From: Trichoplax adhaerens
Lineage: Eukaryota > Animalia > Placozoa
DNA length: 64,000 nucleotides
NCBI RefSeq assembly: GCF_000150275.1
Contig: NW_002060945.1
Span: forward strand, 2,751,172-2,815,171
Direction: 5' to 3'
Shown piece by piece: positions 1 through 14,475 of the stretch. The position numbers and the translations under genes are program-made. Each line of letters begins with the position of its first letter. Positions within the stretch are counted from its first letter, which is position 1. The notes under the pieces were generated by a model. It worked only from the letters and a program-made list of their open reading frames with translations, did no database searches and was not told the DNA's origin.

Positions 1-897
1 GGATTATCTGTTAATCAATTAATTATTAATAGTCCAGAATTAAGCCAATTGTTGTTCAGTATGTATTTAGTTATTCGAGTCGAAGAAACTTATTTGGAAT
101 ATAATTTTAAATTCGAGTAAAATCAGTTCTTAGTGAGCTATGGAAATTAGAAGGAGTAATATGATTGTGGATTATCTGCTAAAAGCCACTAAATGCCGTT
201 TTGGCATTTTTCGATTCTTCATGAAGTCCAAACAAAAGTGTAAAATGTAGGCCTAGATAAATTGCGTTTTTTACTTATTAGCCCTACTTCCGAAAGAGGG
301 GAAAACCGACCAAATCCCAAATTTTGCTGACATGTGTTTTAGCAGAGCTTGGTACGATCAAAACCTTCGATCTGATAAGTATGTCAAAGCTGACGTACAG
401 TAGTCATGTAGCGAGCGATAGGTAAAGTAAATGTAGTCAGAGATTAAAAACGACATTAGACGAAACTTGAATTTTAATAACATTACAAGGACGCTTTACA
501 TATGTCCGCCATTAATGATACTGTAAAAGGATCAATCGTATATGTAATTAACAAGTCATAGTATTAACTATAAAATCAGATCATAAAGCTCTGCGAACTA
601 TCACAAGTGAATCTAGGAAATAACTATATGAAACACGTAGGGCAGGATAACTGATTGCCACCTGAAAATGCAATAAAATACTATTTAACATGTTCGTTTA
701 CCTACACAAAGTAAAAGACGAAGCATAGGTAAAGTGACCATGCACTTAAAGAAGACATGGTCTCGATAATTAGGAATTTACGTTCAAAGACCATTGGATG
801 AAATAACATTTTGCTGTCGTAGAATTACAGCGCAAAAGACGAGTTGGTGATGCTCATAATAATAACATAAGGAACTTAATCAATGAAATACAAAAGA

Positions 898-2260
898 TTA
901 ACGTCTTCGGCCATCTCTGTCATTCCTAATACAGAAAGAAATTACATGGTATTACTTCAGAGATGTAACACATCCAGCAAAGGAAGTTAACGATATACAC
1001 CAGCATAAGATTAATGGGGTACAAATTAATATTAGCGATTTACCTCTTAAGACCCGATGTCTGAGGTCCTTTTACAAAACACCAGTCAACCTTAATAGTT
1101 TGCTCCAATAAATTTGTACCATTCAGGTTATCTATAGCAGCCTGAGCTTCTTTTTTAGTCTCAAATTCAACTAATGCATAACCCTAGCAAATTAGTGTTA
1201 GACTAGTATTAGAAGATGAGATTGATTAAAAGAGCGGCTGGTATCGAATCTATAATATTGTCTGACCTTGATAAAACCTGTACGACGATCTAGATTTAAA
1301 TGGAGATTTTTCACATCTCCGTATTCGGCAAATTTTTCGTATACATCATCCTCTTGGGCTTCCTCATGGATATTTGCAACGAAAACGATCCATCCTTCTA
1401 CAGCTAAATTCATTATCAAGGTGATCAGATATACCACGAAAGACCAAAATGTTACCAGCAATAACTTACATCTTTGGGGTCCAGTAGCATAGTCACCGTC
1501 TACATCCATGGATTCATATTGTAAATTGGAACCTTTCGCTTCCTCACCGTCATCTAAAATTGGAGACAATTAGGAAATTGATCCATTGTAAGTTAGGAAA
1601 ATGCTGTAATGACGAAAAAGGAACTAGCGATAATTCACAACTGTAGAAAGTTGAAGTGACGAATCAACACAATTTTTAAAACTGATTAAGAAAACTAAGG
1701 GTGCATCGTCCATTTACGCTATTGTACATGCCAAGAGTGTTAGCTACAGTAAACTGATAGTCAGCATCAAATTGTTGCCTGTATAATTTCTTTTAATTCA
1801 TTGTGCATTTATGAATTTGCTACAATGAATCGATCATTACGACGATGACAAAGCTAAGGTTGGTGCGTAGTCTAACTAGAGGATCGATTGATGAGGCAAA
1901 CAAGACTAAACTTTTGCTGAATCATGAATAGTATTATGATGATACACTAATCAGTTCTTCTATCAGTGTGAATATCCATAGAGAATATTAGAGTCTTTCA
2001 ATAGCATTATACTAAAGCAACGTCAAAGCACTTCTTTAAGGCTAACCTTGGAAACCTCGACCCTTTCGTTTCTTGGCTGATTGTTTTAGTTTCTGGATGG
2101 AGTCTACAATTATAACAAAGTATAGAAAGGTATCCATTTATTGATCGTTTATAAGGAATACTTGTAGAATCCATTTCCTTCAGAAATGATTACCGTCTCC
2201 ATCATCCATTTGAAATTCATCGCGCTCTTCGGCAGTTGGTTGCAATTCGAGTTCCGCCAT
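898..2260 (-). CDS. RBM8A: RNA-binding protein 8A (Y14), exon junction complex core; 6 coding exons
   Basis: Approximate exons 2260-2194 ([22 protein letters not shown]), 2103-2047 ([17 protein letters not shown]), 1553-1469 (GPQRS), 1402-1268 ([45 protein letters not shown]), 1183-1044 ([17 protein letters not shown]...VDWCFVKGP), 928-898 (NDRDGRRR*). GT-AG introns; Y14 RRM signature. Confidence 0.97.
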
Positions 2261-2293
2261 CTTGACGACCACGCTGTGAGGAAATGATGAAAG

Positions 2294-2510
2294 GTACTGT
2301 ACCATTTGTACTGTATAGGACAGTATAGACTAAGATTTTGTCCATACAAACTACTACTTAGTTACTCGATCACCGTTAGCCTATAAGGTATTTTACTTCA
2401 AAAAAATTGGGGGTTGCCTAGGGCACTCTGGATGTGAAAACTGCACGGTACAATACCACACTACAGTGTATTATACTGTAGAGATCCGAGTGCATTGTAC
2501 TGTACACTCT
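2294..2510. promoter_or_regulatory. Divergent promoter region RBM8A/ULK4 with TACTG/CAGTA tracts
   Basis: Immediately upstream of the RBM8A ATG; contains gtactgtac, tgtactgta, ctacagtgta, tgtactgtac; ULK4 starts head-to-head at 3912. Promoter role inferred from position. Confidence 0.45.
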
Positions 2511-2927
2511 AGCAGCACGGAACGCTGGACGAGCGGATCATTTCTTCGATACAGCTAGCAGTTTACTGTATGAAACCATCCTTCGATTATGTATAGGTGC
2601 TATAAACTGTGCATAATGCGGAGTGTTGCATATGGAGAGCAGCGTCGCTGATAACCGTTAATAAAATAACTTGGAGTTCATTAACTTTAGTTCGACTCGT
2701 TTCTCCACACTTGGCTCAAGTCTTGAGGTACTTTTGAATGGTTTAACCACCTTAAAACGGATCATCAATCGAGTTGTTAATGTGGAGGCGAATGGCCTGA
2801 AAGGATCGTCGATTTGGAGTATCTATTTGTCTTAAAATAGGAGAAAAATCGAATTGATACAAGGTATGAGAATATACCGGATACTGTAGCTTGAGTATAC
2901 GAGTACTGTATAGGGCTTGAGCTCGCG

Positions 2928-3360
2928 GGAAAGACAAATAATTACCAGAGTTTGCAGTCAATAATTACCCTTCTATTTTTAATTATATACTATGAGATAT
3001 ATATATATATATACGCGCATCTATTATTCACCAGAAGTTAAATGCATATAGTGACGAATTAAGGTAAGTATACGACACAATTTCCAATACTGTAATAGGA
3101 CTAGTAAAGCCCATCGCTGATAAGTGTTATTGTGTGATATATCATCATATTGATTAGCTAGCTTGTAATACGTACGATATGTTATTTATGGATATTGGAT
3201 TACACTTGTAGAACTTACAACTTAATGTGGTGAGAATACCATCATAGACTTGGCTTAACTTTGCTGTATAACTTTCGAGATTATTTGGAATAAAATGAAC
3301 TACCTATCTATCATAGGTCTCTCAGCATCTTTAGTATGCACTGTAGGAGAAAGACAAATA

Positions 3361-3393
<33 letters not shown>

Positions 3394-3717
3394 ACCAGTC
3401 TACGATCAATGATGACTGTATTATTGATTATTCGCTAGAGGTTAAATAGTGTGAAGTTATTAAGAGAAGTATATGGCACAATGTTCAGTACTATAGTAGA
3501 ACTAGTAAAGTCCATGGCTGATAAGTGTTGATTTATGATATAAATATATTGATTAGCTACCTTGTACTACGTATGTTATTTACTGTATGGATACTTGATT
3601 ACACCAGTAGAACTTACTGTACAAGTTAGCGTGATGAGAATCCTCTCATAGACTCGACTTAACTTTACTATATAACTTTTAATATTATTATTATCTGGAA
3701 TAAATAAACAGCCTATC
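2928..3717 (+). repeat. Diverged tandem duplication, 2 copies of about 400 bp, each with a (TA)n tract
   Basis: Copies at about 2928-3310 and 3349-3717 share gaaagacaaataat, actagtaaag.ccat.gctgataagtgtt, atattgattagcta.cttgta.tacgta, tcatagact.g.cttaacttt and ggaataaa...cctatc in the same order. Confidence 0.85.
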
Positions 3718-3911
3718 GGTCAATTAGTTCATATAATTAGTTCTGCGGATAAATTACCTATGCTGATAGTATACGGATGGAACTGATAGCTTTCATTCCT
3801 TTTAATTAATTAAACATGATAATGTCTATTTGGTAGATATTCGTCATTGAACTCATTTTAGCTATATCATGTTATTATATTTGTAGTCCATATAGTGTAT
3901 GGCCGTCTGTC

Positions 3912-6900
3912 ATGGAGAATTATATTTTATATGATGAAATTGGACGTGGTGATGGATCAATAGTATATAAGGGCAGAAAACGAGGTGCTATTGAATTTGT
4001 TGCTATTTATTGTATTGAGAAATCCAAGCGTGCAGAAACTACCAACAGAGTAAGTACAGTACGTATGGTGTAGCAATGATATGTGACGGAATGAGCATAC
4101 AAGCCGATGTATTAGCAAATATTTATAACCACAGTGAATAGATTAGTTGTGAGTTGCGACCAATTGTTTCGTATTATTCGTACAATATTTTGAGGTTATA
4201 TTCATTTTAATTAATGGCAGTACACGCTCGTAAAAGTCCAATAATAAAAATCTTCATAGATGGTTTATACTTTATAGTAATACATTTAGAATTAGTCTGG
4301 CTAACTAATTTTGGTGATGCAATTCTAGTAGCTTATATCAAGCATAGCGACGCTAGCATATGCTCTTTCCAACACAGTAATTTATCTGCGTATTAATAAA
4401 TATAATGACAATTAGTGTCTCTATCAAGGCAATGAGAAATCATTAGAACGATTACCAACAAAGCTGTAAACAAATATTAATCAATGTCATCGCTTTAGGT
4501 AAGATTAAGCCAGGGACTGAAACATCGATGTATGGTTGAATTTCACGAATGGTATGAAACTTCAAAGCATTTATGGTTAATAGTTCAGCTTTGTACAGGA
4601 GGTAGCCTCCAAGAAATACTCAATCAAGACGGTTGCCTACCAGAAGAATCGATCCGTAATTTTGGTGTCGATTTAGTGATAGGCCTTTACACTATACATT
4701 CTTTAGGGATTGTTTTCTGCGACTTAAAGCCTTCCAAGGTATGCTATATTTTCTAAATTGTAGAAATTTCATTAGTTTTATTAATTAATGAACAATTCGC
4801 GTAGAAATTTGTAACAATTATTTTTTAAAGATAACGATGGCTAATTTATATATAAAGAATAACATAAAAGTTAATTATTCTCGAAAACTCACGGACTTTG
4901 TATTTAATAATAATAAATTTCATAATTTCAGCTCTTGCTTGACGGTACATGGGCAATTAAATATAGTAATTTCAATCATGCACGATTGCTTGGTGAAAGG
5001 TTAGATTTTCTTGATGGAACAGACAGTGATAGCAGCGATGAACAAAGTGACAGCGAAGAAGTTAATGTGAAAAAAGTTTCAGATAAAAAAACTGGAATGC
5101 CATTTACGCCATACTTGGCACCAGAAGTAATGTTGTTTGGGCAGTTCTCGCCTGCATCTGATTTATGGTCAGTGGGATGTTTGCTTTACCGAATGTATAC
5201 AGGTACATTGCATAGTATCAATTTTTTAACCCCTAAAACGTACCTAATAAATCGTTGGCGTTACTGGCATTGATGGTAGCTAGTAGCTGTTACCACGATT
5301 TTAGCGATTCTTATAGGACTGATTTTTCACTATACGATTTACTGATATTTACTTAGGTAATCTACCTTTCCAAGGAGAAACGACTGCTGAGTTGGCGAAT
5401 AATATTTTACAAAACGATCCCCCTTTTCCGACTTCTCCAAGTGGGTATCTTGCTAAGTAGCTAAGTAGTGATAGAGTTGTTAATTGAAAAATAAGAATTA
5501 ATGATGATGTAACCATTGCTTCATAACATATATAGTACATAGTGAAGAAATATCTGCAGAATTTTTAGATTTAATTAGTGGACTCTTGCGAAAAGATCCC
5601 AATGAAAGGTATTCTATAGGAAAATTTATTTATTCGATAGATCAGTGGACATCGCTGATGACTTACGATAAGAATATTTATGCAGGTATGATTGGTCCAG
5701 AGTATGCTCTCATGAAATGTGGAAAAACAAGATCGTAAATCAATTAAAGGAAGATGGTTTAGATGAATCTAGAAGTACCCTTGATAATTCTGTTCAATCA
5801 ATACTTGGTGGTGATAATAATAACAATTCATCATTTCTGGATAATAGCACAAATATATCACAGAATGAAAGTGTTGACGAGAATTCAACACTTTATCAAG
5901 GTAAGTAGTCGGCCTAGGTTTGATTCGATAAATATTAAAAACGAACGTTGATTAATTTTCCTACTTAGTTCTACTTTGCATTTTCAATTTTAATATACGT
6001 GTATAATAGGATCTGTGATAAGACCATTGACCGCTCCAGAGGATTCACGCCGAAATAAGCCTGTATGCTTTAGCTTAAGGTTAATAAAATCATAATTTAT
6101 TGAAATCACAGATTACATTAAATCCAAGTCAGGAAGCTAAGACTTTTATGTCCTTTTATAGTTTGCGCCCTCATTCATCCCTTAACTTTCTAACCACTGA
6201 ATCTGAGCAACCAAACCTATTTACGATCATCGAAAAAAACGACCAGAATATTCTGGAAGACGTTGAGGAGGAAGTTGAGCAATCTAAGGGACTTGAAGAA
6301 ACTGTAGCGCAAAGTACGGACGAAGTTTCCACTATGCAAAATGTGGTCAGTCAGTCATACAGTGATACAGAAGTTTTCGTTAGTGGTAGTAGCGAACTGA
6401 AGCAGCCTTTAGTTGAAAAAGTTCAGTTGCCAGAGCTTGATGATAGCCTAGATGAAACTCTGCCTATGGATACACCAAAAGGAGATAAAAGAATTTCCAG
6501 AAAAAGCACAGTACAGCAGCATATTAATACGTTATCGTTATCAATTATCTAAGATCTTAATTGTGTGTTGACATCTTTGAAAATTAAACGTAAGATATAT
6601 CTTGTTGCAGCCTGCAAATGAAGAATTTGATCAAATTACCGTTCCTGAAGCCATCTCAGAATTGCTTTATCATGATAGTGATTTAGTTGCTTCTCCCATT
6701 CTGGAAACTCATCGTGTAAGCTTGAGCATAATTTAGTAATATATTTTTATAGAATCGTTATCGACTATTTAGTCATTTACTGGCATGCACATATAGTAAA
6801 TAATGTATGAATAATTTACATTATTTGTGTAGACGCAGAGGAGTCGTTCCTTGAAATGGGATGCTAAATCTTTGTCATTTCCTTCACACACTGGTAAACG

Positions 6901-9900
6901 GGTTTTAAGAATTTTTTACTTACTGGGACTGTAATAAAATTGTTGAAAGTTATGATTTAATCTTAAATTACTGAATTTATAAACATAGCTGAGCAAATAG
7001 TAGAATTGACCGACGAAGAACAGCAATCTCATTTGCAGTTAATCCAGGAAACGTTGCAATCGAGCGGTAGTAATATGCAGAGGATAAAATTGCATGCAAT
7101 TACATACCTAACTTCCATATCATCTAACTCTTCCATCGCGGATTTAGTATTTCATTCTGACTTGGTATGTTGGCATAATCATTGTGATTAGTTCGCTATT
7201 ATAAACTTTGCAGTATAAGGTGATACAATATATTTTTTTTTTAGTTAATTGCGCTAGCTATCATATTAAAGTCCCCGGCTATTCTGGAAATGTAAGGACA
7301 ACAATAAATTTCTTAATTCAATATAATTACCTTTATAATATGCCACTATATTTAATTATTGCTCACACCAACAGAAAGGAAAAGATTGCTAAGTGTTTTG
7401 GTCTCATTATATCCAGTGCAACCATGATTAAACGAGAATTTAATATATCAGAGGTATGAATTGGTCTTATTCTTGCTATCAATTTTTAGATTTGTTGAAT
7501 ACCCTTCATACGTATATTCTCTCTATAGCTGTTTGGAATGGCTACTGATGCTCTTCGTGACAGTATACGAAATGTAAAGTTAAAACAGGTTTGTTTGCAT
7601 TATTATCTAGAGTTGAATTATCTCGATGTATAGTTTTTAGAATGTTTTACTAATTATATAACTGTGCATCTAGACTCTTACTGCAGCATTGGGAGAACTG
7701 ATATATTTTGTTGCATCACAGGTTATATACGTATAGCTTCATAATAGATAAGAATAACCTTTCACTATTTTAAGGGTATTTTTTTAAATGTTTATAAAAT
7801 TTAAATTAACTGTATTCCTTCATATAATATAGGAGATGAAAAGTAATTCAGTCATTTCTAACTGGGAAATTCCTTCCGCTAGTTATGTTATGATAGTAAA
7901 GTGTTTGCAAGGGGTTAGTAGATATGCTGTTTTCTTCTATTGTGTGCGGTGTATTTAAAAGAATTGACTGCGATGTTAGGTACTGGTATCTTATATACAA
8001 AATACGTATATTAAATAAAGGAATTACTTAATTAAAAATTAGGGTGATCCGATTGTACAACAACATGCTGCAAAAACGATAGAAAGCGTAGCTGTGATTG
8101 ATTCTAGGCCTAGTAAGGTACTACTCAATTGCATTAACAGAGTTTCTTACCATTAAATCTAAATATACGTGTAGTGATGTTACCGAAAATTATAATTCAG
8201 AAACTAGCTACTCCTGGTACTGCACAAGCTTTATGGAATTTATTTACTCATTCGTCAAGCGACGCTTTATGTGCTACAGCTATTTCGGTTAGTTCACTAA
8301 TGATAGTTCGATTACTAAGTACAAAAATAATGCAATAGTTAAAATGCATAATACACGTATACGTATTAATAAATTGATGATTGAATTACAGGCATTAAGT
8401 CGTCTAAATCGGAAATCTTCCTCTATCTTCAATCATATTTATGACAGAGTTGGTTTACAAACTATTTTAAAATCGCTTTCGACAAATGTCGGAAAAATTT
8501 CTCAGGTGAGTTATCGTTGGTTCAGTTGTTTCATAATGCGAGTGTGTAGATCCGACGCATTAACTTGACTTGTTGCTCGTGGCTAATCAAAATTATGCAC
8601 CTTTGTTTTATTAGTCTTTGATAACGATGCTTATTTCAACACTGTTCAGTGGGCAATTGTTTGTTAAGAGAATGGTCCAAGACAAGGTTTAGCTTGATAA
8701 TATCAATTTGGATTAAAAGTCCGTTATTTTACAAATTCCTTATTTTAATCGTTTACATTAACAGCAACTTGTAACAACCTTAATACACCTTCTTGAAAAT
8801 TCCTCATACGTTATCCGGGGTAAAGCATACTTGGCAATATCACAATTAATCAAGCTTAGTCAGGATGCCGCACTGACTTGTTGTCAAGCTAGGTAATTAT
8901 GCAGATATTAAGCTGCTGTTGCGTATCAAAACTGAATAATACCTAGATCATAACTATATAAGAATTTGTATACTTACTTAAGGAGTTATTGCATATTTTT
9001 AATCTATCAATGCTTACCTATTAGATTATTAGTCTTTATTGAAAGAGACAACAAAATACAGCCTCACTCTAAGGACGAGTTACATGATCAACAGCAATAT
9101 GCTTTGAAATGTCTAAAGTGTGTCGTTGATGTATATTTGGAAGCTGTTCCTAATATATTTGGTAATCCTAAAATGAAGTTACTTTTAGTGGTAGTTATTG
9201 CCTTATAAAAGTCGCTAGCCTCTCTATATAATTCATCAGCTTATATTGGAATCGTACGTTACATGCTGTGTAGCGCTGAAAAATGTTAAAAGCATTTACT
9301 AACGTGTAACTATTCTGTAAATATGCTACTCCTTGATGAGTCAGATGGTGTGCTGCGGATCCTGGAAGTTGTGTCTGGAAGACGTCATCCGTCATCCTCT
9401 CAAATAAAACAATTAAAATCTAATTTACCTTACTTATCTGTTATCCATCATTTGCTAACGAATCAGGTGAGTATCGTATGATGCTATAGAATAACGTGGT
9501 TGCTTACACACGTATTATACGCAAATATCTAAAAGTAAGCATCTATTAATTGATATGACCTTCATTTGCAATTTAGATATTCAGAAGTAGATTAACGGAT
9601 GATGTCTTTTTAACGAAGTTAAAAGCACTTCTGGTAAGCAATCAATCTCACTATAATAGTATTGGCGCCATAGATTCCAAATTGTAAAATTTGGCATTAT
9701 TCGAGAAGTAACAGTATTTTAAAATCTTCTAGAGCCATGTTATTTCCGTCGATGAAGGGACAACAAGCTTATCTTCCACTTCAGGTTCTTTATACAATTT
9801 GCTTGCACCCTTACTGATATATGTCATTTCCAACCTCCTGTAATTAAACTATGTTTCGAAAAATTACTGCAGCTCCCACTGCTAATGATGACTTTAAGCA

Positions 9901-12374
9901 TATCGTCTTGTCGATGGTACTAACTATATGTCAACAGTCTACTTTGGTCATGAAGCATTATGCACAAGTAAGGCACGACTTCAATTCATTTTGAAATAAA
10001 TGCTGACTATCAGCGGGTACTTAATTCTGATATAATAAATTACATAAATTCATTTTCGTATCGTTAGATGGTCAAAAGTATCATGCCCTCCTTAATAAAG
10101 TTGATTGAGAGCTCTAACGGTAGTTATAGTATTGTTTTATTGTAAACATGAAAGCTATACAAAATGCGTATAAGTTTATGGAATATATCTTGTCATGTAA
10201 GTCTGAATTCGAGTATTTCTTTAATGCATAGGTGATACTCGTGTTCTTTGCTTGCGTGTAATTACTGAAGTTGGAATTCAGTATTTGAACCAATGGAATG
10301 ATACAGACGTTTCTAAGGTATGAGTATAATCTAAAACGTACAACCGTATGTTGATACTTCGATACTGAAGTTATTGGATTAATTTATTGTCTTCGTACAG
10401 GAATACGGTATAATTGACAGAGAGTTACTACAAAAGCTAATTATACTAGAATTATTACCGAGGTAAACATATCTTGATTGACTTAAGCATGTAATAAATA
10501 AACATCGATCAACAAATTTTTTACTATTTGAGCCGTACACAGTTTCAAAATAAATATCTGATAGTTAAGCAATGTCTGGATGTGTATCCTTTCTAAAATG
10601 CTCGTATATATGCAAATGTGGTATATATATACTTTTAGTTACGAAGCCATTCTTAAAGACCAAGATCCGATCCCTACTTATGCAGTTAAGCTGTTGGCAG
10701 TTTTGATCCAAAAGTATCCATCAACATCGAAGTAAGCTTCTACGTTTACTCATTGCAGTTATTGCTATTGTATAGTTACCTTTTAATTTCGAGTCTGGAA
10801 TTGGTAGGATGCTATGAACGTATATCGTTCTTTTACTCTTTTGTCAGGTTTGTGGATCAGCACCATGTGATGGTACCATTATTACATGTATACGAAGTGA
10901 GTTCATAGCTGCATTACTGGCAATCTAGATTTATTCAGCAGTAAAGCTTATAAGATTCTAAATGGTACGGTGATCATAGCAGAACTTGTATTCCTAATTT
11001 TAGGCTCATAAAGACAATATAAGTCAAAATATGCGAGATAATATCGTTGATATATTCTATCACTGCTTGCCGATGAACCAAGAGACTTTTGATATTCTGA
11101 TTAAAAATGGTAAATTCTGTATGAACTTTTAATTATAAGTGGATCTCACTGTTAGTAAACAAACATATTTTGGTAGGATTCGTGACGTATATGGTTCATG
11201 CAGCTGATGAAATAATAAGGGATGACGAAGTAAAGATGGCGACTTTATCACATGCATTGGACATTATGTATCATGAATTAAAATATGTTTCTGGTAAAGT
11301 CAGAGTTGCATTACAGGTACTTACTAGCGATTAATCTTTGGAGTATTTAGTTATGCTCTATATATGGTATTTACCATAAAGAGTAAATATTATAACGGAT
11401 ACTTTTTACCAGACAAAAGAAAAGGAAAAAAATTCAGACTGTCTAAATACGGAACGATTGCTAATTGCAAACAGGCCTGCTGTCAAACTAATTAAACCAC
11501 TTATATGTGAGGTAAGGGTTTATCACAAAGGAAATTTGCTACTTAATGGATGCTTTACCAAATTAGTTACTGAAACTATCTTTGAAATCTGGCAAGCCTC
11601 TATGATAACTCACAGTTTCTTTTATTGTGGCTGTTATTCAGCTAACACGCAATAGCGATAACATAAATGAAAGGGCCCTTAGATGTCTATCTTTAGCGAT
11701 GCAGCTGATAGGCGGAGAGTTTCAGGAGACGTTATCAGCTAATGATATTGTAAGTTATAGCTATTTAGAGCTGCTTGTTGCTTCGTAAGCGTTTGCAATT
11801 TACAATATAGGTAAACATATTTAAAACGAAATTAATCAGTTATTTATTAAATCAATGTGAAGGATTTCTTAATTAAAGCTGTCAAAGTTTCGACCAAGAA
11901 ATATTATAAGAATTTATTCAGGATTATCAAAAGATTTGTAAGGAATACTACTACAGAAATAATGGTTACCTTTATTAATATTAATACCTACGGAGGAAGG
12001 ATGTTTAGACGTAAATTTAAATATTTATTATTTATGCAAATTGTTAGGTTACCACGAACTCCAACAACACCAATTCAATAAGACTGTATGGTGGTGAATT
12101 AATTACGACTTTAAAAGCAATCAAGAGGTATTATAGTACGGTGTAAAATCTAAAAATTAGTTGTAATTATTGGATGTATCACAACGAATTGTACATTAGG
12201 ATTTAGTAAATAGTAGCGTGAGATTACAACTTTGTCGTTCGCTAATTTTTATTATTTCTTATTTAATTGCTGATTATAATTGCTGATTATAATTTCTATT
12301 ACAGTATTGAAAATGAAGCACCAGTAATTGCGACTATCAATGATATTTTATCTCATATTGACGAAAGTTCATAA
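3912..12374 (+). CDS. ULK4: Serine/threonine pseudokinase ULK4 (N-terminal kinase fold plus C-terminal ARM/HEAT repeats), many short exons
   Basis: MENYILYDEIGRGDGSIVYKGRKRGAIEFVAIY; FHEWYETSKHLWLIVQLCTGGSL; FCDLKPSK; YSNF; TPYLAPE; SDLWSVGCLLYRMYTG; C-terminal matches such as AALGELIYFVASQ, VQQHAAKTIE, YVIRGKAYL, DQDPIPTYAVKLL, ALRCLSLAMQLIGGE; stop TAA at 12372-12374. Confidence 0.95.
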
Positions 12375-13494
12375 TATTGTAACAGATTAAGGTGTTTCTT
12401 TTTTTATTTCGTAAGTATTTCAATCTCTTTGATTCGAAATGATAAATCATGTAATATAAATTTAATTCATCTATATTATATAAAGAATACCAATCAAAAT
12501 ACGCGCAATTGTTCAGATATTATCGCCTACGAGTTAGGCTTTTGTCTTTAACTGTGTTCCTGTAATTTTATGGTAGGGCCTAATTAAGGAATTGTTAGGC
12601 GATAAACTTGCCCTATTTATTAAACGCTAGCCGACTTATACCACATTTTGTAAGGCTATGATGTTAATGCTACTTTGAAGGTGATGGATGACTCCAAATA
12701 TCGATTTAATGGATCTAGTTAAATTAGCTAGTTGAAAAAATTTTTCCTGATATGAAAATATAGCAACCTGTAATTGTCTGAAGAAAGCATGTCCTCAGTT
12801 CAATATTTCATCTATTATAGTTTATGTGTCTTTATTTTAGAGATATCGTACGTCCAACAGCATGCTACATTATTTGATATTCTACCTTATGAAGGCGCGA
12901 TGCTGTTGTATTTTTATTTTGTCTTGCAGCTTTAATTTATTGAATGCCTATTGGCTTATTCTTGGATTGCTTCGTACAATTTAGAAGATAGCATTTGAAT
13001 ATAGTAAATATTTTAATGATCTATGATCATAATCTATTAGCAATAGAATTGCGATACTTCTTATTACTAAGTTTGTGATTTATGTTGTTATCGTCTTTGA
13101 AGTGCTTATTTTGATAAATTAGGATACTTAGAATACTTTATTACAAGCAGTATCCATGTTGTAGCATTTAAAGAAAGCAAGCTAATGTCTATATATAGCA
13201 AAAGCTGTACATGTGAACGCATAGAAATAAAGACTAGAGCATATTAAAACGTTAATCTTATCTCATCTATTGTTGATATGTGATTGATAAGATCTAGCAC
13301 TAAGAGCGTATTCTATTATAGTAAAATCTACTTTGGACACTATTTTAGTGGGCAGTAGGACTATTTAAGGTACTAAAGCTGCGTTGGTAAGATTATACAT
13401 ATACGAACTTAGTAGATACCTTACTAGATAGATTAAACCAGTATTTTATCTGATCACACAGTCATACTTGTTTTGACTAGATCATGGTTATCTG

Positions 13495-13975
13495 GCCGTA
13501 AATAATTTACTAGTTACCTAGGTTCATTCATAATTATTGTTTAGGTTTCAACAAGATACACTTTATACTATAACTTTAGTATCATATTTTCTGGCCTATT
13601 GATTGTCACTATTGCTAATCCGTTTCGAACAACGTTTGCCATTTATTCTTACATACGAGATCCTCTTCGCTATTCTAAACTACTTGTAATGGGGATATAA
13701 TGTGATTATATACGATATAGGGTATAAATGCGGCGAAATTGATCCTTATTATAGCATAAAGAAGATGTAAATAGAATTGCTAGTTATTAATCAACAATTG
13801 CATAACAATCGCTCATAGAGATGTTGCCTTTTAACAAACTCAAAAAGTAAGATTTTCAATATGCATACTATTGCACAAATTTAGGCGATATTTGTATTTT
13901 AGCTTAGCCATTAATCTTTGCTTAGTAATACATATATTATCTTGCAAGAGGCAAAATTAATACTATCTTCATATC
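13495..13975 (+). pseudogene. Probable decayed rhodopsin-family GPCR fragment
   Basis: Interrupted translations give NNLLV (TM1-like), FSGLLIVTIANPF (TM2-like), RDPLRYSKL (ICL2-like) and PLIFA**YIYYLARGKINTI (TM5-like) in the expected order, with stops and frameshifts. Confidence 0.35.
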
Positions 13976-14169
13976 TTCGCACTAATAGATTGTCAGTAGG
14001 TAGTAATTTAATTTACTCACTTCATCTAATTTAGCAATGTCATCGCCTATTCATTTTAATGCCATGGCTACTGCCAAGAGCTCATTAAATTTGGCAAGAA
14101 TAAGAGGTTGATATTTTTGACAGTAGATTGACAGCTAAGTCTTTACTGTATCCCCACTAATGAATTATC

Positions 14170-14475
14170 GATTAAATAGGTTGTAAGCAAGCGATATAAA
14201 TAACTATAAATGAAGTATTTACGTAACAAAAGGACAGCCATGTTTAATATATGCATAGTTGGCATAGGTGGACCGACAACGGAGTTAAATCAATAACAGT
14301 AACAGACAAAAGCATTTCTTCTCCAATGCCAATCGTCAATTATGCTAAACATTATGTTAACATTAATGTCAACCAATAAATAATAGTAATACAAATCTGT
14401 CGATATTAGTAGCAAACAGAATCTTTCAAGTAAAGCAATCCGGAGTATTAAAGTTAAACTTATTGTGTATAATAC
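14170..14475 (-). pseudogene. Possible decayed GPCR fragment (TM2-TM3-like)
   Basis: Minus-strand translation TDLYYYYLLVDINVNIMFSIIDDWHWRRNAFVCYCY*FNSVVGPPMPTMHILNMAVLLLRKY resembles TM2, the ECL1 W...C segment and TM3. Confidence 0.25.

Noticed and set aside
175-346. Possible MITE with tctgctaaaa / ttttagcaga ends
   Set aside because: Only a 10-bp inverted match and no TSD; insufficient without other copies.
10585-10593. U12-type donor consensus GTATCCTTT in a ULK4 intron
   Set aside because: The flanking exons join correctly (LLPS|YEAIL) through an ordinary GT-AG intron; the motif is mid-intron.
11567-11600. Possible micro-exon with a GC donor in ULK4
   Set aside because: Its phase does not fit; direct splicing LICE|LTRNSDNI gives a continuous homologous frame.
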